From assembly GCA_033850885.1 (NCBI GenBank), contig JAWWPG010000010.1, positions 58,093 through 122,092 of the forward strand: a stretch of DNA of 64,000 nt, written 5' to 3'. The stretch is from Nocardioidaceae bacterium. Lineage in GTDB: Bacteria > Actinomycetota > Actinomycetes > Propionibacteriales > Nocardioidaceae. The notes under the pieces are model-generated. The model worked only from the letters and a program-made list of their open reading frames with translations. It searched no databases and was not told the origin of the DNA. Both the position numbers and the translations under genes were made by a program. Of this stretch, positions 57,710-64,000 are shown piece after piece (the stretch's first letter is position 1; every line of letters begins with the position of its first letter).

Positions 57710-58054
57710 ATGAGACAAGCAATGATCTTCATCGCCGTACGGTTCAAGGCCAAGCCCGAGCACGCCGACGAGTGGATGTCGCTCGTCGACGAGTTCACCC
57801 GCTCCACTCGGGCCGAAACAGGAAACCTCTGGTTTGAATGGTCGCGAAGCGTCGATGACCCGGCCGAGTTCGTCCTGTTGGAGGCGTTCCGCGACGATGA
57901 GGCCGGGGCGTCTCACGTGAAGACGCCGCATTTCAGGGCTGCCGTCGCCGAGATCCCTAGGTTCCTGGACGAGACTCCGCGGATCATCAACGTCGAGGTT
58001 CCAGGCGAGGACTGGTCCCAGATGGCGGAGATGCAGGTGGAGGCCTTCCGCTGA
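57710..58054 (+). CDS. Antibiotic-biosynthesis-monooxygenase (ABM) family protein
   Basis: About 110 aa ferredoxin-like fold pattern (IFIAVRFKAKPE..LLEAFRDDEAGASHVKTPHF). Confidence 0.7.
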   Translation: MRQAMIFIAVRFKAKPEHADEWMSLVDEFTRSTRAETGNLWFEWSRSVDDPAEFVLLEAFRDDEAGASHVKTPHFRAAVAEIPRFLDETPRIINVEVPGEDWSQMAEMQVEAFR

Positions 58055-58079
58055 CCGCCAGCAGTGGCTACCGTGAGCT

Positions 58080-59144
58080 ATGAGCACCAGTTTGCGATGT
58101 GTAGTGGCTCTTGTCCTTTCTGCCCTGGTTGGCTCCCTCGGCGGTCCTTCGAGCCCGCCAGCCGCCGTCCCACCGCTCGCGTTGGCGGCGCAGCCGACCG
58201 TCGTACACGTGAAGGGCAACCACCTCGTCGACGGCCACGGCCACGTAGTCCAGCTCGCGGGAGTGAACCGCTCGGGCACGGAGTATGCCTGTGCCGAAGG
58301 CTGGGGGATCTTCGACGGCCCGTCCGGCGGCGCCTCGATCACCGCCATCACGACCTGGGGTGCCCAGATCGTCCGGGTGCCACTCAACGAGGACTGCTGG
58401 CTGGGGATCAACGGCGTGCCTGCCGCCTACGGCGGTGCCGCGTATCGCAGCGCCGTCAAGGGTTTCGTGCAGCGTCTTGAGAACCATGGGCTTCTCGTCG
58501 ACCTCGACCTGCACTGGACCGCTCCCGGCACGCAGCTCGCCCTCGGTCAACAGGTGATGGCCGATGCAGACCACTCCCCGACCTTCTGGCGCAAGGTCGC
58601 GGCCACCTTCAAGACCGACCACGCGGTCATGTTCGAGCTTTTCAACGAACCTCACGACATCACGTGGAGCTGCTGGCGCAACGGTTGCCTGACCGACGGT
58701 GGGTGGCGTACCGCAGGGATGCGGCAGCTGCTCGGCGCGGTTCGCGGGACAGGCGCGACGAACGTCGTACTCATGGGTGGACTGGACTGGTCGAGTGACC
58801 TGTCGCAATGGCTCAGCCACCGTCCCGCCGACCCGGCCGGGCAGCTCGCCGCAGCCTTCCACACCTACAACTTCAGTGGCTGCAACACGCGAGCCTGCTG
58901 GCGGTCGACCGTCGCCAAGGTCGGCAAGCATGTCCCCGTCGTGATGACGGAGTTCGGCGAGAACGACTGCGCAGGTGGGTACGTCGGACCGCTGATGAAC
59001 TGGGCGGACGCCCACGGCCTGTCCTACCTTGGCTGGACGTGGGACACCTGGGACTGCTCGAGCGGCCCAGCGCTCATCAGCTCGTACGACGGCACGCCGA
59101 CCGGTTTCGGCAAGGTCGTCCGCGACCATTTCCTGCATCGCTGA
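58080..59144 (+). CDS. Secreted glycoside hydrolase family 5 (cellulase-type)
   Basis: Signal peptide. GH5 acid/base region (MFELFNEPH) and nucleophile region (PVVMTEFGE). Confidence 0.83.
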   Translation: MSTSLRCVVALVLSALVGSLGGPSSPPAAVPPLALAAQPTVVHVKGNHLVDGHGHVVQLAGVNRSGTEYACAEGWGIFDGPSGGASITAITTWGAQIVRVPLNEDCWLGINGVPAAYGGAAYRSAVKGFVQRLENHGLLVDLDLHWTAPGTQLALGQQVMADADHSPTFWRKVAATFKTDHAVMFELFNEPHDITWSCWRNGCLTDGGWRTAGMRQLLGAVRGTGATNVVLMGGLDWSSDLSQWLSHRPADPAGQLAAAFHTYNFSGCNTRACWRSTVAKVGKHVPVVMTEFGENDCAGGYVGPLMNWADAHGLSYLGWTWDTWDCSSGPALISSYDGTPTGFGKVVRDHFLHR

Positions 59145-59183
59145 GCACGAGCTGGACAGTCACCGGCCCGGCACGGGCTCCTC

Positions 59184-60563
59184 TCAGGAGGGCAGCGCCT
59201 TGACGAGCGCCGGCACGAACACAGCGCCGTCGACGGTGCCGTAGGCGGAGGGCAGGTCGTAACCCTTCTTGCAGCGGTAGCCCGTGACGCCCTGCCACGT
59301 GTTGTTGCCCTTCGTGACATCGACAAACCCCGCCTTGGCCCCCAGCGGCCCCAAGGCGTACAGCGTCGGGTTCAAGAACCCGAGCGGTTTGTCACCGTTC
59401 TCCTGCGTAGCGAGCGACAGGATCGCGGCGAAGAGGGGTGCCGACATCGATGTGCCGTCGGTGCCCTGCATCACGACGTCCGGCATCGCGCGCCGCCTGC
59501 TCAGCTTCAAGGCGCCGATGCCGGACTGCCACTTCGGCCGGGCGTACACATGCGAGAATCCTCCACCGGAGAACCGGACGAGAGAGTCCGGCGCTGTGCG
59601 ATGGCCCTTGACGACGTGCAGAACGGTGCCGCCCACGGCGGTGACGAGCGGGTCCGATGCCGGCCAGCCGACGACCCGGTGACCGTATACCCCGCCGCCG
59701 TCCCGCGCCCTCTTCGGCCCGGTGGCGCCGTCGTCGCCGGAGGCGGCCACGATCGGGATGCCGGCCGCCCGGGCCCTGCGGAAGGTGCCGTCCATGCCTT
59801 TGATCTCGGACGGCAGGTTGAAAGTCTCCTCGGTCGCGCTGAGGCTCATCGAGATCACGTCGACGGTCTGGTGCGCGATCAGGTGGTCGATCGCCTTCAT
59901 CATCTTCGGGAAGCCGTGCAGGCCGAGTGTCTCGGCGACCGGGGTCGCGACGACGTAGATGTGGGCGCCCGGCGCAAGCGTGTGGAACATCGCCACGTCG
60001 AGGTCGGTCTCTCCGGCCCAGCCGCCGCAGACTCCCTGATGGCCACGCGGACAGCTGGGATCCCCGACCGGAGCCAGAATCGTCACGTGCGCCTTCGGCA
60101 GGCCGTTGGCCCGATCGTAGGCGTCGATGACCCGCTGGATGTGGGGATCTCCGAAGCTTACGATCGTCGCGATCGACGTTCCTTGGCCGGTGATGCCCTT
60201 GTTCCACAGCGGTTTGACGTCGTACGCCGCGACCTGGTCGGGCAGCCGACCGGTCAGTCGCGTCATGATCCGGGCGCGGGCGGCTGGGGTGGCTCCCTTG
60301 CCGACCGCGGTCGCCGCGGCACCGAACTTGCGGCTCGGCTGGGTGAGCGGGCTAAGTGGGCTGCCGCTCTGCCTGACACTGCCGCTTGGGCTCACGCTCG
60401 CTTTGACGCTTCCGACGGCCTGCGCGGCCGCCGCCGGCAGCACCAGGCACCCGACGGCGGTTCCTGCGACGACGAGCCGGTTACGACGGCTCATCGAGAG
60501 GAGGTCGAGCGGTGGAAGCAGGCGGAAGGCTGATCTCCGGCTGGTGGCCGAGTGTCGTGACAT
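59184..60563 (-). CDS. Secreted S53 (sedolisin)-family peptidase
   Basis: GETDLDVAMFHTLAPGA (Glu/Asp region) and DGTSMSAPLFAAI (Ser nucleophile). The ATG at 60563 has GAGGAG 5 nt upstream. Long RR-containing signal region. Confidence 0.72.
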   Translation of the reverse strand: MSRHSATSRRSAFRLLPPLDLLSMSRRNRLVVAGTAVGCLVLPAAAAQAVGSVKASVSPSGSVRQSGSPLSPLTQPSRKFGAAATAVGKGATPAARARIMTRLTGRLPDQVAAYDVKPLWNKGITGQGTSIATIVSFGDPHIQRVIDAYDRANGLPKAHVTILAPVGDPSCPRGHQGVCGGWAGETDLDVAMFHTLAPGAHIYVVATPVAETLGLHGFPKMMKAIDHLIAHQTVDVISMSLSATEETFNLPSEIKGMDGTFRRARAAGIPIVAASGDDGATGPKRARDGGGVYGHRVVGWPASDPLVTAVGGTVLHVVKGHRTAPDSLVRFSGGGFSHVYARPKWQSGIGALKLSRRRAMPDVVMQGTDGTSMSAPLFAAILSLATQENGDKPLGFLNPTLYALGPLGAKAGFVDVTKGNNTWQGVTGYRCKKGYDLPSAYGTVDGAVFVPALVKALPS

Positions 60564-60659
60564 GACTGCTCCTCGGAGCTCGTGGCCCCCTCGTGAATGC
60601 CTGTCGCACTCGCGTTCTACGCCATGCTGGCGACCGGCCAGATCGCTGTCAAGGCACAC

Positions 60660-61088
60660 TTACTTGACGACGAGGATGCCGTGCATGTTGGAGTGGAACT
60701 CGCAGTGGTAGGGGTAGCGTCCGGGTTTGCTCGGAGCATTGAACCTGGCACTCCCGCCGCCCGCTACGACGTTGACGCTGAACATCCCGGCCTGGTCCGA
60801 CGTCAGCGTGTGGGTCTCGCTGTCCTGGTTGGTGACCATCACCGTGGCTCCGGGCTTGACGGTCATGGCTCCCTGGTAGGCGAAATTCTTGATGGTGACC
60901 ATGACCATGCCGGCCATCCCCTGCGACGACGGCGACTTGGCCATGCCAGGACTCATCGCGGACGTCGGATGCGACGGCTTGGGTGGCGTCGGGGCATTGC
61001 TCCCACCCGAGGATGAGCCGCATCCGGAGACCGTGATCACCGCGGCGGTCGCGAAGGTTGCGAGCAAGGGGAGTCTGGACTTCGTCAT
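60660..61088 (-). CDS. Cupredoxin-domain lipoprotein with Met-rich linker
   Basis: Start at ATG 61088 gives a lipobox (VITVSGC). Type-1 copper ligand set (ETHTLTS ... YHCEFHSNMHG). Linker is MSPGMAKSPSSQGMAGMVM. Confidence 0.8.
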   Translation of the reverse strand: MTKSRLPLLATFATAAVITVSGCGSSSGGSNAPTPPKPSHPTSAMSPGMAKSPSSQGMAGMVMVTIKNFAYQGAMTVKPGATVMVTNQDSETHTLTSDQAGMFSVNVVAGGGSARFNAPSKPGRYPYHCEFHSNMHGILVVK

Positions 61089-61160
61089 GGTGTTCTCCTG
61101 GGAAGGTGTTCGTAAGGGTGGTGAGAGCCCGAGCACGTGGTCGTGTTGGGCGGGTCTCGG

Positions 61161-61916
61161 TCACTCAGTGGCGCCAGCACGCCGTACCGCGGTCAGGTGG
61201 GCGAAGACGACCGTGTTGCCGATGTAGTGGCCGGTCGTCTGGTCGAAGTTGCTGCATGTGATCAGGCGCAGTGTGGGGAAGGCCAGGTCGGAGCCGAATA
61301 TCTCGGTGGTCGGAAACTGGTCGTGGGTTGCATAAGCCCGCACGGCATTCACCGTGAAGACCGCGGTCGTGTGGTCGGTCCGCGTGACGGCGATCTTGTC
61401 GCCAGGCTGCAGGGCTGCGAGCCGGAAGAAGACAGACGGTCCGTACACCGAGTCGATGTGACCTTCGAGGACGGAGGGCCCGGCCTGTCCCGGCGTTGGC
61501 GAGCTCTCGTACCAGGCCACCTTGTTCAGGTCCGGCCCCGGCTGCGGGACGGCGAGGCTGCCGTCCGGGTTCTTTCCGACAGCGATGACGCCGGAGTGCA
61601 ACCCGATGGCAGGGATGGTGATAGAAGCGGGTCTCGACGCCGCCAGGGTCAGCGGGCTACGAGCCTGCGGGTCGGAGCTCGATGCCGTGGGCAGTGAGGA
61701 CGTTGCGGTGCCACCGGGGCGGTGTGGTGACACGACTGTCGGTCTCGCGGAGATCTTGCCGTAGGCCGACGGTGAGGGCGTGGGTGCCGTCTGTTGGGCC
61801 TTGACCGCGACCACGAGGAGGAAGACGCCGCCAGCGGCGGCCACCAGGGCTGCGAGAAACCACAATCCCCGGCGGCCACCGCCGCGGTTGATCACCGTAA
61901 AAGGGCGATGCAACAC
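61161..61916 (-). CDS. Class F sortase
   Basis: N-terminal TM anchor, Pro/Ser linker, catalytic His region (VLEGHIDS), TLRLITCS Cys motif and conserved Arg region. The layout is typical of actinobacterial class F enzymes. Confidence 0.82.
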   Translation of the reverse strand: MLHRPFTVINRGGGRRGLWFLAALVAAAGGVFLLVVAVKAQQTAPTPSPSAYGKISARPTVVSPHRPGGTATSSLPTASSSDPQARSPLTLAASRPASITIPAIGLHSGVIAVGKNPDGSLAVPQPGPDLNKVAWYESSPTPGQAGPSVLEGHIDSVYGPSVFFRLAALQPGDKIAVTRTDHTTAVFTVNAVRAYATHDQFPTTEIFGSDLAFPTLRLITCSNFDQTTGHYIGNTVVFAHLTAVRRAGATE

Positions 61917-61922
61917 GTCAGT

Positions 61923-62693
61923 TCAGCTCTGCGAGTCGATGCCGACCCGGGTGCGCCTGCGACCCACGACCATGCCGAGCGCGCCGACAGCCAGCAGGCC
62001 ACCACCCAGCCCGAACAGACCGAGGTCCTGGGTGCCAGCGGTGGAACCGTAGCCGGTCTGCGGCGCACCAGGCATGGCGGTCAGGACACCGCACAAGGCG
62101 GGTGACGTCGCCGCGAGTGGCAGCGAGGGAACCAGGTCGCTCTTCTCGCCTTGGGCCTTCTTGCTCAGCGTCGTCGGGTCGAGACCGTGGACCACGATCA
62201 CCGCGGTGCCGCCCTTGATCGCCTTGACCGCGTCGCTGCTCAACGTGATGGTGCGGGTGTAGTTGGTGCTTGCACCGGACGGTGCGATCTTGATGTCCGT
62301 CCCAGCGGCCGGGCTGGTGTCACCCGTGACCGAGAGCGTTGTGGCGATCCCGCCGTAGGCGGGGGCGCCTTCTGTCGTACTGACCACGCCGTCGTGGTTG
62401 GCATCAGCAGCTGGCGTGGGGCACATGCCCTGACCACCGGCGTGGATGTGCTGCACATGCGAGAACGGCCCCGTGCCGAACATAGACGCCAGACCGGACC
62501 AGTGCTCGGTGACGCTCGCGACGTTCCCGTTGAGCGTCAAGGTCAACATGCCTGAGCCGGTGGAGTGGTTGAGCGGGTTCAGCGTGGCGCCATAAGAGGC
62601 ACCCGTGCCTGCATTCGCATATGCCAACGGTGACATCGCCGTGATTGCCGCTGCCGCCGCGATTGGCAGCAGAAGTCGTTTGGAGGTCTTCAT
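61923..62693 (-). CDS. CHRD-domain surface protein with C-terminal sortase-type sorting signal
   Basis: Signal peptide. CHRD-like core (LTLTLNGN..VQHIHAGG..VVHG). C-terminus reads APQTG, a 9-aa spacer, a hydrophobic helix and RRRTR. Confidence 0.72.
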   Translation of the reverse strand: MKTSKRLLLPIAAAAAITAMSPLAYANAGTGASYGATLNPLNHSTGSGMLTLTLNGNVASVTEHWSGLASMFGTGPFSHVQHIHAGGQGMCPTPAADANHDGVVSTTEGAPAYGGIATTLSVTGDTSPAAGTDIKIAPSGASTNYTRTITLSSDAVKAIKGGTAVIVVHGLDPTTLSKKAQGEKSDLVPSLPLAATSPALCGVLTAMPGAPQTGYGSTAGTQDLGLFGLGGGLLAVGALGMVVGRRRTRVGIDSQS

Positions 62694-62942
62694 GTGGTTC
62701 CCTTTCTTCCTGCGCTCGACGCTGAAGCGTCTGAAAGAGTCAGCAGTTTCGGCGGCTCATTCGAGAGGCGCTCATGTACGAATCGGAGCCGACGGGAGAT
62801 CGGATTGGACCGCAAACTCAAGGAAGCCCTTTCTCAGGTTTCCTTTAGGGGCTGACCTGCTCAGGCCTTTATCTGTCCAATCCAAAGGTCGATCGGTCAC
62901 GAACTCTCCTCAGAAGTTCCACGCGGCGAACAGGAGACGAAG

Positions 62943-63539
62943 ATGCACCGCCATAGCTACGCACTCGGGCTCGCCGCGGCCCTCAGCGTGCTTGTGACCG
63001 GCTGCGGGTCGCATTACATGGGTGCGACGTCGCTGCCCCGCCCGACAATGTCGACTGCGCATACTGCTGGAACCGGCATGTCGATGGTGTCCGGCCTGAC
63101 CGGTCCGGCCGGTCCCTCATCGACCGCGCGCATGGTGTGCGGACCCGAGATCCGAGGCGACGTGGCGCAGACGCTGAGGCTCCCATCTCTCAGGTCCGGC
63201 TCGGCAACCTGGGTTGACCCCCTCTACACCTGCACCTACCGGACGAGCCGCGGGCCAGTCATCGTCACCGTCACGGACGCTCGCGCCCCATTGCTCGGGC
63301 GGAGCTACTTCAACGCGCTCAGGCAGAGCCTCGACCCGGCACGGCGCCTGGTCGGCCTGGCTGCCTTCGGCCTGCCTGCCTTCGAGACCGCGAACGGCAG
63401 CGTGGCATTCCTCAAGGACGGCAAGACGCTCGCGGTTGACGCGACGAAGCTGTCGACGGAGTCCATCGCTGGACACCAGTCCCGTGCAGACGTCGCCTAT
63501 GCCATCGCGGCCGACGTCATCGGTTGCTGGAGCGAGTGA
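62943..63539 (+). CDS. Hypothetical lipoprotein
   Basis: Lipobox LSVLVTGCG. 198 aa with no recognisable domain. Confidence 0.5.
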   Translation: MHRHSYALGLAAALSVLVTGCGSHYMGATSLPRPTMSTAHTAGTGMSMVSGLTGPAGPSSTARMVCGPEIRGDVAQTLRLPSLRSGSATWVDPLYTCTYRTSRGPVIVTVTDARAPLLGRSYFNALRQSLDPARRLVGLAAFGLPAFETANGSVAFLKDGKTLAVDATKLSTESIAGHQSRADVAYAIAADVIGCWSE

Positions 63540-63712
63540 GCGCCGGCGTCCCGCCGCCCCGGCTGAGTTAGGCGCTGTTCACCAGTGGGCCAACGTTTCT
63601 TCAGATGAGGGGTCTTCCCACGTCACCGTGCAGGATTTAGTGTCGATTTGCACGATGCCGCTTGGCTCTTGTCCGCTGCCGGTCTGGTAGCGGCCGATCG
63701 AAGGAGGAGCAA

Positions 63713-64000
63713 GTGCCCCTACCCGCACCCCGAGCCGGAAACAGCAGCACCTGGGCCAAGGTGAGCCTGACCGTTGTCGCCCTGGCAACGACGGCCGCGA
63801 TCACGATGCCGGCATCAGCGACGGCACCCGCAGCGACGGCACCCGCCCAGCAGGCACCGCAGACGGCCACACCGATCAAGCATGTGGTCGTCATCATCGG
63901 GGAGAACCATACGTTCGACAACGTGTTCGGGACCTACCAGCCGGTGGCCGGGCAGAATGTGCGGAACCTCCTCTCGGAGGGGATCGTCAAGGCGAACGGC
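63713..64000 (+). CDS. Phosphoesterase-family protein (PLC/AcpA type), N-terminal part (3' end outside window)
   Basis: Not in the ORF track. GTG at 63713 follows GAAGGAGGAG. Signal peptide, then IKHVVVIIGENHTFDNVFGTY, the hallmark start of the phosphoesterase (PF04185-like) domain. Confidence 0.72.
   Translation, partial: MPLPAPRAGNSSTWAKVSLTVVALATTAAITMPASATAPAATAPAQQAPQTATPIKHVVVIIGENHTFDNVFGTYQPVAGQNVRNLLSEGIVKANG

Noticed and set aside
62694-62942. Copper-responsive operator (CsoR/CueR/CopY type) in the promoter region of the CHRD operon
   Set aside because: Only short, weak inverted repeats are present (for example CCTTT-N13-AAAGG). Nothing resembles the operators I know for these families.

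Overview
This is a 64-kb, densely coding chromosomal segment from a high-GC actinobacterium. Evidence for that assignment is the strong GC3 codon bias, the vdh-bldC neighbourhood, DUF3073 next to purM, and a DinB/DUF664 gene. The species cannot be determined from the sequence alone.

Gene content in order:
- kdpB (5'-truncated), kdpC, kdpD, kdpE, plus a stand-alone DUF4118 membrane protein.
- A polar amino-acid ABC importer.
- purL, purF and purM, interleaved with an APC permease and an M20 peptidase.
- DUF427 and DUF3073 genes.
- Valine/leucine dehydrogenase and bldC.
- A complete L-rhamnose divergon. The minus strand carries a LacI regulator and lutABC. The plus strand carries an ABC importer, a mutarotase, an extra AraA-like isomerase, rhaI, rhaEW and rhaB.
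- An envelope-glycan locus: a GT-C-like membrane protein, rmlA, rmlB, a methyltransferase, a 4-aminotransferase, a sulfotransferase, a polyprenyl-phosphate-type GT2 and a Wzx-like flippase.
- DinB and DUF1801 genes.
- tRNA-Phe, tRNA-Asp and tRNA-Glu.
- pstSCAB with a PHO box.
- CDF and EamA exporters, and nei.
- Secreted GH5 and S53 enzymes.
- A CHRD-protein / class F sortase / cupredoxin operon.
- A 3'-truncated phosphoesterase.

Best candidates for something undescribed:
1. The Arn/Gtr-like lipid-carrier sugar-decoration locus with an embedded sulfotransferase and no N-acyltransferase.
2. The CHRD / sortase F / cupredoxin surface operon with a non-canonical APQTG sorting signal.
3. A small tail-anchored protein with Ser at every third residue over about 73 residues.
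4. A family of stacked-palindrome repeat elements at two convergent-gene junctions, sharing a 20-nt exact match in inverted orientation.

All calls rest on reading motifs in the supplied translations and the raw sequence. No database search was run. The many long Arg/Pro/Gly-rich antisense ORFs in the track are treated as high-GC shadow frames.
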